Shown here: piece after piece, positions 35,110 through 45,874 of the stretch
How positions within the stretch are numbered: the first letter of the stretch is position 1
Layout: each line of letters starts with the position of its first letter
Assembly: GCF_001194135.2 (NCBI RefSeq)
Contig: NC_068984.1
Coordinates: 58,598,978-58,644,851 of the forward strand
Direction: 5' to 3'
From: Octopus bimaculoides
Taxonomy: Eukaryota
DNA length: 45,874 nucleotides
Program-made: the position numbers and the translations under genes
The notes under the pieces: model-generated
Seen by the model: only the letters and a program-made list of their open reading frames with translations
Databases searched by the model: none
What the model was told of the DNA's origin: nothing

Positions 35110-35589
35110 CTCAGAAATTTTTTGTTAGCACAAACATTTTCTGAATGCTTTTATGTCAAATGTAAATGCATTGTAAGCTTCAGTTTTTGAGATCATGTTA
35201 TTCAACATTTACTACCATTCAGTGTCATTTTCTTGCAGTTTGGTTTCCAACCTATGTGCATGCAAATGATCATAGCAGCTGTTGAAGAACCCTCTTGATC
35301 ATATACCAAGTGACACAGTACTTTACACTACTCCATAGGTTAACATCTCCTTAAGCTCAGCAAACCAAAAATAAGAAGAATATTATATTCAATTTAATAA
35401 ATTCTCACCTCTTAGTTCAGACAAAAGAATTTCTCAATATTTGTTTTAAATATTTCATTGATTACATCAATAAAATTTTCTGCATTTACTATTCATTCAC
35501 AAGAAAATGTAACTTTATGGATATTTGTTTTTAGGTCACAGGGGCATTTTCATTTATGCTTTGATTATTTCTGAGTTTAGTCTTAGTCT

Positions 35590-36200
35590 TAGTTCATTCT
35601 CTTCCTAATGGAACATTGGGTGACAAGTTGTCTCCACTGAGTGCAATCTGCTGCAGCTGCTTTTGCATCAGTCCAGGTCAATTGCAGTTCCTGTAAGTCT
35701 TTGTGGAGAGTACTGCACAAGTTATGGAGCATTCTTCCTCTCCATGATTTGCTCCCAGCCAGTATCCATATCAATGCAGTATATAACAGCCTGTGTTCTG
35801 GTAGCTGTATTATATGTCTGATGAATTGTAATATTCGATTTTTGACAATACCTGATAGGTTGTCTAGCGCTGACTACTGCAATGTCCACCTCATTGGTGA
35901 TTTAGACCTTCCATGATACTCCAAGTATAACACAAATGCATCACCTATGGAAGACATCCAATTTGTTGCTGATGTTAGCAGTATTTTTCCATGTCTTGCA
36001 TGCATAGATAGCAGTAGGCACTACAATCAACATGTAGAGACCAATTTTCACATCTTTGGTGATGGAATTATTGGATCACACTGGACAGTCATCTGAATAC
36101 ATCTGGAGCTTGTCTGACACAGGCTTGTATGTCAACTTTTGCATCACCATCATTATGGATGGTGTTGCCAAGATATTTGAAATTCATTTCTGAACTACTG
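35590..36200 (-). mobile_element. RTE-like LINE 3' fragment
   Basis: FKYLGNTIHNDG..; C-terminal WRGR..STLHKDLQELQLTWTDAKAAAADCTQWRQLV. Confidence 0.7.
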
Positions 36201-36934
36201 AAGTATAATTCATGAATGGTTAGAGCAGGTCTAAAATGCATGCTCAGCTCTGATAATGTCAAAGATTTCAAATACAAAACATTACTGGTTCACTATTGAC
36301 AAAAATGTATTCAAGTTTCTGATACTAATATATAAATGTCTTAACATTTACACTGGATATATGATTATTCTTCATTTTTAGATATGATGACAACATTTTC
36401 TTCTACACTTTCCTTAGATATTAGAATAGTCATGTATAAAACTGCAGCCTATGGGTCACATGCAGCTCATTTGGCTTTCTGTTTGGCTCACTTAATTTCA
36501 TCTGGAATATAGCATTTATTAAAATTTTGTTTCATTTCATTCTCAATTGTTTATTCACACTCTTGTTCAACAAATTTTGGAGAAGTGAGTGCCAAAGGGG
36601 AATAACTTCTAAATGTCTACCCTCTTATTAATGTTTGTTACATTATGGGTATACCAATCACAAAAATAAAATATTCGCCATCATTAGTCATCTGTATAGT
36701 ATTCAATGTACCTCAGAGTCAATGTGCAATTGTCCAAACATTCAAGAGGTTTTAATTAGCATCTCTACTCAGGACACTACATCAATGAATAAAAGTTATT
36801 GATCTGATGTTCAATTTCTCTTTCTACCACTTATAACACCTTGTTGCAATAATTCAGTGACTGTAACTACATGTGCATATCACACAGTGTTGTCAGGCAG
36901 GATTGACGAAACTTTACATTCAAAGTGTACGGTG

Positions 36935-37330
36935 TAGGCATGGCTGTGTAGTAAGAAGTTTGCTTTCCAGCTACAAGGCTTCATGTTCAGTCCTACTGTG
37001 TAGCACCTTGGGCAAGTGTCTTCTACTATAGCCTCAGGCTGACCGAAGCCTTGCAAATGGATTTGGTAGATGGAAACTGAAAGTTCATCATATATATGTA
37101 TATATATCTATGTGTGGGTGTGTCTTTGTGTTTGTGTTTGTCCCCCACAACTGAATGGTGTGTTTACATCCCCGTAATTTAGTGGTTCAGCAAAGAGACC
37201 AATAGAGTAAGTTATAAGCTTTAAAAAATAAATAAGTACTGCAGTTGAGTCATTCAACTAAAAGTTTAAGGCAGTGCTCCAGCATGGCTGCAGTCTAGTG
37301 ACTGAAACAAGTAAAAGAGATAAAAGACAA
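36935..37330 (+). mobile_element. SINE family A, full length
   Basis: ggcatggctgtgtagtaagaag head to gaaacaagtaaaagagataaaaga tail. Confidence 0.85.
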
Positions 37331-37599
37331 AGCTATGCTACATGATATGCATGTGTAGTTACAGTCACTGAACTGTCACGACAAGTTGTTGTAATTGGTG
37401 GAAACAGAAACTGAAAATTAAAACAATAAGGATTTTTTGAATTTTAATTTTTGATGTAACAGCTCATGCCTTTATCTCCCCCCCCCCCCCAAAAAAAAAG
37501 AAAACGAACACAAGAACGGTTTCTGAAGTAATATGAACATTTCAGGGATAAATAATTACTTCCTTGTTGAAGTAAAAAAAAAAACAAATCCATGTGTTT

Positions 37600-39240
37600 A
37601 ATAGGTTATGAACTCATTTCCGCTTTTAAAGAATTTAATATTATGTGGTCTTCTGTTTCAAAACATTCAAGGTATGATAAATACAAAGAACATATTAGAA
37701 GACAAAAAAGTTGAGGCCCTCAAGAAACAGACAGGTAGCCTAATGATGGTCTTTCCTAAAAGATAAATAGAAGTTGAAGAAATTGTATGTGGAAAGTATG
37801 TTGGCTGCATAAAAGTTGCCAAACATAAAATTAAAAAAAAAAACAGCCAACAATAAATTTGTGAAAGAATGTATTTTGGCAGTGACTAAACTTTTAACTT
37901 TTATGCCCAGGAAAGTTAAGTATGTTTGACAAAATTGATTAGCTTATCTCACGGAACAATAACAAAACAGGTTGAAGAAATTTCAGCAGTTATCAAGGGT
38001 ATGCTGTATAAGAGAATAAGAGTATAAGGCAGTGGCTCCCAACCTTTTCACAATGGTTCCCAACCTTTTTTATTTAAACAAGTTTTCCCACAGACCCCTT
38101 TTAATATGCTTATTGTTATGTATAGAATTTAGTTCAGACCCCCACTCCTAGTACTACCTTTGTGGATCACCAGGGGTCCCAGGTTGGTAAACACTGGTAT
38201 AAGGGAATATGATTTTTTTTACTGGCTACTGACAAAAGCACAGATATATCTGATTTGACTCAACTGGCAATTTTCATGCACAAAGTTGATAAATTATTCA
38301 ATGACACCAATGAAAGACAATGAAGGACACTGTTACAAGATATAATGTTTATGAAGAAGTGAAGAAAGCAACAGCCAATTTGAATCTCTCACTTGAAAGG
38401 CTGGTCATTGCAGCAACAAAAAAGGCTCTGGCAATGGTTGAGCTTAAAACAGGTTTTCTATCTAAATCAAGAAATAAATTAACTACTTTGATTTTAGCAA
38501 ACAATTATTTTGCAACAATTCACAAATTTATGTACAAAGTTTGTAAAATTTGAAAATATTATGCATGCAGTTGTTTTAAACATATATTTTTTAAACATAT
38601 ATATATTTTTTTAAACATATATTTTAAAAAATATTAAGCTCTTAACCAGTTTAAAAAGAACTTCGAAGAATATGAACCAGAATATGGAAATCGTGTTTAG
38701 AACTGTGCAGTTCACTGGCAGAGTAAAGGAAAAGATGCTTGCACAGTTTTATAGTCTAAGAGAAGAGAAATGTGCCTTCTTAAAAAGAAGGATAAATGTG
38801 TCCTTGAGTTGAAGGATGATAACAGGATTCATGATCTTGCATTTTGTGTAGTTATTACTACCCATTTACTTAGTCTCAATTTAAAATTACGAAAGTAAAA
38901 TTAGTTGATTCATGTGATGTATGCTCATGTCAAAGCTTTAGAAACAAAACTTCAAATCTGAGAGTATCAACTCTAGACTAGGGATGCTTTCCATTTCTCC
39001 ACACTAACCAATCTCAGGAAGTTTGGATACAATGATTTTGCTGTGGAATTAAATGAGTTGTAAAAAGAAATGAACACAAGATTTAAGGACTTTAAAACTA
39101 GAAAAGCTGATTTTAACATTTTTGGGGAATTCATTGAAATAGACATGACAAGCAAGACAAGAGGAGGAACATGGGATAGAGAGTCATTGAAGAGGTCACA
39201 GTGTGTGTGTGATGAAAGAACTTTTGACAGATAAACTAAA
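37600..39240 (+). pseudogene. hAT transposase relic (GTF2IRD2/SPIN-like), heavily degraded
   Basis: Frameshifted SLSHGTITKQVEEIS.., ATDKSTDISDLTQLAIF, MKDTVT..YEEVKK, AVHWQSKGK, DLAFCVVIT..HLLSLNLKL. Confidence 0.7.
38030..38196. mobile_element. hAT-type MITE with perfect 8-bp TSD
   Basis: GTATAAGG-[CAGTGGCTCCCAACC..GGTTGGTAAACACTG]-GTATAAGG. Confidence 0.92.
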
Positions 39241-39249
39241 AATAATAAT

Positions 39250-39654
39250 AATAAAACTAAAGTGAAGATCAAATATATAATGCATGTATATCTAATTGAC
39301 AAAAAATGACCATCTCTAAGTAAAACAATATATACAGTTAAGTCAAATAAGCAAATACAATCATTCATCAACAGGTGCTTGCGTAGTATACTTAAAATCA
39401 GATGGCCCAAACACATAAGCAATATGGAGCTATGGCAAAGAACGAATCAAGTTTCGATTAGAGAGCAAATATTTAAGAAAAAGTGGAAGTGGATTGGTAG
39501 CACAATTAGAAAGGACACACCAAATGCAGTGAAAAGTACTTTACAGTGGAATCTGGATGGATATAGAAAGAGGGGTAGGCCTAAGAACTCGTGGCGTAGA
39601 TCAACACAAAAGGGACTAGAGAAAGGGGGACATTCATGGCAGAGAATAAGTACG
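39250..39654 (+). mobile_element. RTE/RTE-X-like LINE C-terminal fragment
   Basis: CLRSILKIRWPKHISNMELWQRT..WKWIG..LQWNLDGYRKRGRPKNSWRR. Confidence 0.85.
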
Positions 39655-39790
39655 GNNNNNNNNNNNNNNNNNNNNNNNNNNNNNNNNNNNNNNNNNNNNN
39701 NNNNNNNNNNNNNNNNNNNNNNNNNNNNNNNNNNNNNNNNNNNNNNNNNNNNNNNNNNNNNNNNNNNNNNNNNNNNNNNNNNNNNNNNNN

Positions 39791-39793
39791 AGA

Positions 39794-39842
<49 letters not shown>
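39791..39842. repeat. (GA)n microsatellite adjoining an N-gap
   Basis: Direct reading. Confidence 0.9.
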
Positions 39843-39849
<7 letters not shown>

Positions 39850-40069
39850 GGGGTTTAGTTCACTGGTGATCTAAATGAATAGGTACACTAAGTGCTATAA
39901 TTGGTCATCCGTTAGGTTCGAAGTTCACAGCTAATGTTGGAGCTAGGGATCCGTATTAGGTTTCCATGTTAGCATGCATATATTATATTAAGGGAAAAAG
40001 GACAACAAAAATCAAGGCAGGACAATTATCTCTAGTCATATAGAATAATTTAATTAGGGTAAATTTGAA

Positions 40070-40145
40070 GTCTTACAGCTGTTCCTGGGATATCCCAAGT
40101 GATAGGCTAGCATGTCCGTACACTGGATATTCCATCATCAGAGAC
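40070..40145 (-). ncRNA. Minimal hammerhead motif, stem I intact, GAAA mutated to GGAA
   Basis: GTCT-CTGATGA-TGGAATATCC..GGATATCCCA-GGAA-CAGCTG-TA-AGAC. Confidence 0.6.
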
Positions 40146-40486
40146 AAAATGAGTATGTATGAAAGTTCTAGACAGGGAAATTCACAGTTTATAAGGAATA
40201 AAATAGAAGAATAAAAAGTAGATTGAAGAATACAGACAGGAGAATAAAATTCACAGCTTATCTTTTTCTGCCAAAATACTGTCCAGGTTTACCTGGGATT
40301 ATACCTAAGGACCTATACCTTCACGGAAGTATGGACCAACCTCCATAACCTCTGGAAAAAGATGAGCTGTGAACTTTATTCTCCTGTCTGTATTCTTTGA
40401 TCTACTTTACTTTTTATTTATTCTTCTATTTTATTCCTTATAAACTGTGAATTTCCCTGTCTAGAACTTTCATACATACTCATTTT

Positions 40487-40537
40487 ATCTCTGATGATGG
40501 CATATCACTTGGGATATCCCAGAAACAGCTGTACGAC
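40487..40537 (+). ncRNA. Minimal hammerhead motif, core intact, stem I partly mismatched
   Basis: ATCT-CTGATGA-TGGCATATC(ACTTGG)GATATCCCA-GAAA-CAGCTG-TA-CGAC. Confidence 0.65.
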
Positions 40538-41079
40538 TTCAAATTTACCCTAATTAAATTATTCTATATGACTAAAGATACTCGTCCTGCCTTGGTTTTT
40601 GTTGTCCTTTTTCCCCTGAATATAATATGTATATATAAATATATATATATTTTTCCCCATGCAACACAAAACCTTGAGTTGTATTCAGTACCAATTTACT
40701 TCTATGTACGAGTAAAAAGTATTAGAATGCAAAAAATACTGGATTATTAACTCCACCATCTTATGCTCTAAAGCTGCAGCAAATGTTTTGTCATGTATTT
40801 TCACATTTCTATGTAGCTGTGCATGTAACTGTTTGAAATAGGTGGATCATTTGGAAATATTACTTCTGATATACAAAGGAAGGTTTATCTCTTATCTATT
40901 TTATACATGTATAACATTGATTTTTCCAGAACCTTTGGTTTCAAGGCCTCTCCAGATTATTGATTTTTTTCCAAACCATGGGGTGTTCACCTCTAAATTA
41001 AGCAAATATTAAATTTACATAAATGATTAAATGAAATACAGGTACCTGTACATTAGCATAAATGATACAAGTTTATTAG

Positions 41080-41297
41080 CCCTTTTGATACCAACCCACC
41101 CAAAACTGCCATTGGTTCTATGATATAAATTCCCAGTTTTAAAGAGATCTAAATTAAAACCTCCCACCAGAATTTCATGTTAATTTATATTCTGAACACC
41201 TGCTTAATAATGAGTTATTTTATTAAATCCTTGATTATTTTCCAAATTAATTGAAACAAAGGCAGTATATTTCAACAGAAATATAGTAACAAAAGGG
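41080..41297. mobile_element. piggyBac-type MITE
   Basis: TTAG+CCCTTTTGATACCA ... TAGTAACAAAAGGG+TTAA. Confidence 0.7.
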
Positions 41298-41658
41298 TTA
41301 ATACTGTACTGTGCAAGGGACTGTGAAACAGGGCTGCCCAGTAAACTAGTCTGGTGGCCACTGGAATTTGAAGTTCTTGCTTGTAAATTGGTACAGATTA
41401 AAAACGTTTACAGAGGCCATCGGTGCCAGGAAACCTGATTGTACCTATACCAAATATTAAATCTGGAAAGTCTCTTGTAACTTACAAAACATTTAATTTT
41501 TATGGTATATTATTTATTTTTACATTATTTACTGTTGGATAATATAGCAAAAATTAGGCCTAAGATAAATTAAATTTGTGTCCATGTTCATTTCAGTCGT
41601 TACACTCGGTTCACTTCACCGCATCACCAGTGATCATTAGCACACGCATTGAGACAAC

Positions 41659-41787
<129 letters not shown>

Positions 41788-42454
41788 CTGAGTCAATATT
41801 CAACTGCAAATTCCAACTTGCTAGATATAACTGATTATAAAAAGACAGCCATTGATACATTTATCACAGTTGCAGAAAAAAGATTATTGATTGATTGATT
41901 GATTGATTATAATTATTGGCATTTGACCTTATAATTTAATGTGAATGATTAGAAAACTGATACAATTCAAATATAGTCACATTTCCAATTCTGTACACTT
42001 GTTTAAATACATACATACATACATACATACATCCTCCTTTCAACACTACCAAATCTTTACAATTGTCTCCAACCTCTCCTCCCCTCACCCATTTCCCATC
42101 TCTACACTCACCATACAGTTTCCTCACTCATCCACGCCCCTCACTCATCCACGCCCCTCACTCATCTCATACATTGACAGTCTACCCACACACCTCATCA
42201 CCAGTATTTTTGTCATTTTTCAGCACTATCTGATCATTCCCAACCACTCACCTAAAATGTGAGTGGTCTAACAGCCAATCTACAGCAAAAAAACCTATTC
42301 TGTTCTGGTTCCTTCTTTCATACTTTAATCCTTTAATTCCTCATCTCCTAGGTTAAAGTCACCCCACTTTGGGTGACTTTAAAATATATGGCAACCTCAT
42401 TAATGCTGATGGCATGAAAATAAAAATTTAAAAAAAAACACTCAATGCATGCTG

Positions 42455-42605
42455 TAAATTGGTTGGCATTAGGAAAGGCAATCAGCCATAGGAATCATGA
42501 CAAAACAGACAATGGAGCACAATGCACACCCTGGAACCAGTGGATCCTGTCAAACCATCTAATGCATGCAAACATGGAATATGGACATTAAATGATGATG
42601 ATGAT
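42455..42605 (+). mobile_element. SINE family C 3' end with (ATG)n tail
   Basis: ggttggcattaggaaaggc..gcatgcaaacatggaatatggacattaaatgatgatgatg. Confidence 0.65.
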
Positions 42606-42624
42606 GAAAGAGGCAATATTAATA

Positions 42625-43010
42625 TTTGTTGCTGTGTATGGACCAGATATCTGGCACCTCACAAAGACCCTGGCAAAGAGGATCGGCAGCTTCAACAGGA
42701 GAACCCTGAGGACCATTGAGAACATCAAATGGCACAATCACATTTCCAATGATGAGCTGCATGCATGCACACATCTGCCTGCAGCCTCCCACCTCATAGC
42801 CATCTGTTGCATGCGCTGGTACAGACATGTCCTCTACCTCCTGCCAGATCATCCTATCAGGGCCTTACTCTCGTTTGACACAGCAGCTGCAGGCTGGAAG
42901 AGGCCGTGTGACAGGCCCCTCACCAGATGACTGGACATGATTAAGGGAGATCGCCAGAGGCACAATGTCACTTTAGAGGATACAGAAGGGCTGGTACAGG
43001 ACCACCAGTA
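42625..43010 (+). mobile_element. RTE-like LINE C-terminal fragment
   Basis: YGPDIWHLTK..FNRRTLRTIENIKWHNHISNDEL..RWYRHVLYL..GWKRPCDRPLTR. Confidence 0.75.
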
Positions 43011-44347
43011 ATGGGGGGGGGGCAGTGATGGGCTTGTTTGGCTGTACACACAAAGACACCTCTGGGACTGCTAACTTGGGATGATCCCAGCTCCATCAAG
43101 CAAAAGCATAGAGAGAGAGAGAGAGAGAGAGTGTATAAAATTACATATGTAATACATGTATAACTATATATTTTCATGTGTATATGGTTGTGCAAATATA
43201 TATATATATATATATATATACATTTTATTAAATAAGTGTATATTTCAGTGTTTTATTGTAGAATTTATGTATATTGTAAAGTATGTATGTATATACATAT
43301 GTATACACATCTATATGTGTGTGCGTTTATGTGTGCATGTGTGTGAAGACAAGTATGCATCTATACTCATTGTTATAATTTATGTGTCACAAATGAATTA
43401 ATAAATGTATGTCTGTTTATATTCACAGAAACTAGGTTTTCCCCAAATATGCTAAGCAATGAAAGTTTCAAAAACAAAAGGGTTGTAAAATAACTGAAAT
43501 GATACCAGATGTTTCAGAAATTGGATTTTGAGGAAAAAGATATTCCAGTCTCTATCAAAGAAGAAAGGGAGCTTTTTAGGTTTTTTTTTCTTTTTGTTTT
43601 TGCCTTTCTCTATCATAAGAACATTTCATTATCTGAAATAATACAAACAATTATTTTGTGTCTCATCTTGACAGAGTAAATTGCGAAAATATCAGACAGA
43701 GTAAATGACAGAAATGGAAAGATATGATATTGAAAACAACTGTTGTTGTTGCCTTCATTGAAATATTTACACATTTAGTAATTTAACTGTTTTAACCCAA
43801 ACATTTATTCATATTATTCAGAGCCTAAGACATGTAAACTTGGTCACTCATCTCACTCAATCAGGACATCTGGCATGGAAGAATACGTTGTTCCAAGTAA
43901 GACACTCAATTAGATTGAGTGATTGATTGATTGAGCAGTTGCTCATCTTGTTAAAACATACTTCTTTTTGTAGATAAGAGAACTGTATTTTCTTACTCCT
44001 AAATCTTACCACTTAGATTATCAACCACTCTAAGTGGGGCGATTAGAGAAATAAATACAGAACAAAAAATATATATATGTTTATGAATTTGTGTTGCAAG
44101 ATTCTTGATGTGAAGTTGTATGTTTAAACAGATATTGTTGTATTTCGGGATGGTAACTTAATTTTAAAATCTTTTTGCCAAATAAAAACATGCGCTATAT
44201 ATTCGTTCTACACTTGTTTATTACTGTCCTTATTCTATATCCTGTCCATGGTCTGAAAATTTTTTGTCACACATCTGTGACCTCCTCAGTGACACTTTCC
44301 ATTTTTGTGTATGTTCTTGCTCTGCTTATTTCACTTTGTTCTTCTAT

Positions 44348-44391
<44 letters not shown>

Positions 44392-44689
44392 ATGTGTGTG
44401 TGTATGTCATTGTTCTAAGTAGCACTATGGCCCTCCCCTCAACCCCGTTCCCTATCCCATTGCTACTGCTACTGCCCTTGATCCCTACCTTTAGTACGTC
44501 CTTGTAACTCACTGTGTTTGTGTGTTCACTGCTGCCATCATGGTAGTTCTTGTTGTTGCTGTTACCATTGTTGTTACCACTGTTGCTGTTGTTATTGTTA
44601 GTTGTATTGTTGATATTATTGCAGCCTTCTGTGTTTGTGTGTGTATATAGGTTCGCTTCCTATGTTGTTTGTATCCATGCCCTTTATAC

Positions 44690-44885
44690 AGTTACTGGGT
44701 CAGTGGTCACCTTATGGTCCTTGTGGAGCCCATACAGTGCCAGGATGCCATTAGTAGTGGCCTGGAAGTTATTGGCCGTGTGCTTTTTTACCCCTAGGAT
44801 GTTTGACCACATCATCATATGAGCATTGAGGATCCCGTCTCTCTCCTCATATCCCTGTACCATTGTTACCCCCATATACCGGAGT
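44690..44885 (-). mobile_element. Possible Gypsy-type integrase zinc-finger remnant
   Basis: EERDGILNAH..LGVKK..GLHKD loosely fits ERxxILxxxH..HxGxxKT..GxxxD. Confidence 0.3.
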
Positions 44886-45049
44886 AAACACTAATACTGA
44901 AGTGATGATTACATACAGAATGTGGCAAGCTAAGAAATTTTAATTGGTTAAAATGACAGAAGTATCTACAAGTACGGTTTGTGACTAATTGGCAGACATG
45001 TTAGAGCATAAAACAAAACATCTTGTGGTATTTGTTTTGATTTAATTTT

Positions 45050-45145
45050 AGGCACAAGCATGGTTGTGTAATAAGTTTGCTTCCCAATCACATAGTTCTA
45101 GGCTCAGTCCTACTGTGTAGCACCTTGGGCCAGTATCTTCTACCA
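45050..45145 (+). mobile_element. SINE family A head
   Basis: gcatggttgtgtaataagtttgcttcccaatcacatagttctaggctcagtcctactg. Confidence 0.7.
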
Positions 45146-45174
45146 TTCTCATGTGTGTGTGTGTGTGTGTGTGC

Positions 45175-45223
<49 letters not shown>

Positions 45224-45874
45224 NNNNNNNNNNNNNNNNNNNNNNNNNNNNNNNNNNNNNNNNNNNNNNNNNNNNNNNNNNNNNNNNNNNNNNNNNNNNN
45301 NNNNNNNNNNNNNNNNNNNNNNNNNNNNNNNNNNNNNNNNNNNNNNNNNNNNNNNNNNNNNNNNNNNNNNNNNNNNNNNNNNNNNNNNNNNNNNNNNNNN
45401 NNNNNNNNNNNNNNNNNNNNNNNNNNNNNNNNNNNNNNNNNNNNNNNNNNNNNNNNNNNNNNNNNNNNNTAATTAAAAGCACAATAAATGAGTATAATAT
45501 AATACAAAGTAAATATCATAAGATAAAGATAATAAAATGACTACACGTGTTTCATAACTAATTTTCAAATGTGACAGTGGATTTTCATCAATGAGTTCAT
45601 GAACCTTGGTTCTTTTCCCTAAAACTATATATTTATATATATATATCTATATATACCAGGTATTTTTTGGCATCTTTCGGACAATTCAGGTCCCTGTTAG
45701 TTTACATGCTTTCATTCATGTGCGTTGACTACAGTATTAGAACATTTCCATTCATATTTCTAGCAATGTAGGTGTTTCTTAACACCCTAGTCACATTTAG
45801 TGACAATTATAATTCTCCTTTTTGGTGAAACATTGGAACCTACTGTTTATATTAATTCTATATTTCTCTCTCTC

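Larger units (their letters stand above)
39977..40632. mobile_element. Foldback element (~290-bp arms, 86-nt spacer) carrying one hammerhead motif per arm; probably Penelope-like pseudo-LTR derived
   Basis: 39977-40268 is the reverse complement of 40355-40632, roughly 93-95% identical by eye, with a ~25-nt indel; hammerhead cores at 40070-40145 (-) and 40487-40537 (+). Confidence 0.85.

Noticed and set aside
43506-43551. Minus-strand 46-nt exon candidate (RLEYLFPQNPISETS)
   Set aside because: Weak donor (GTATCA), wrong phase for the first LRR exon and no LRRNT cysteines.

Overview
AT-rich, microsatellite-rich eukaryotic genomic DNA with seven N-gaps. The SINE/MITE families and compound (CA/TA) repeats look like an Octopus-type cephalopod assembly (inference, not checked). 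The host gene is on the minus strand and is missed by the ORF track. It has four 72-nt, phase-2, GT-AG exons (23849-23920, 6762-6833, 2410-2481, 636-707) that splice into four consecutive leucine-rich repeats, matching peroxidasin (PXDN) LRR1-4 in order. The signal-peptide/LRRNT exon was not found, so nearly the whole window is probably intron. The introns hold mariner DD34D, maT DD37D and other Tc1-like relics, two hAT transposase pseudogenes, hAT/piggyBac/mariner MITEs, RTE-like LINE fragments, an LTR gag relic, several tRNA-SINE families and a nested TA-duplicating DNA transposon. The most notable signal is a set of minimal hammerhead-ribozyme motifs of the Penelope-like type. One stands alone at about 8598-8668. 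Two sit in the arms of a ~650-bp foldback at 39977-40632 and carry complementary lesions, so their consensus rebuilds the motif. Weaker relics lie in two further long foldbacks and near a 115-bp palindrome. Coordinates of degenerate repeats are approximate and identities were estimated by eye.
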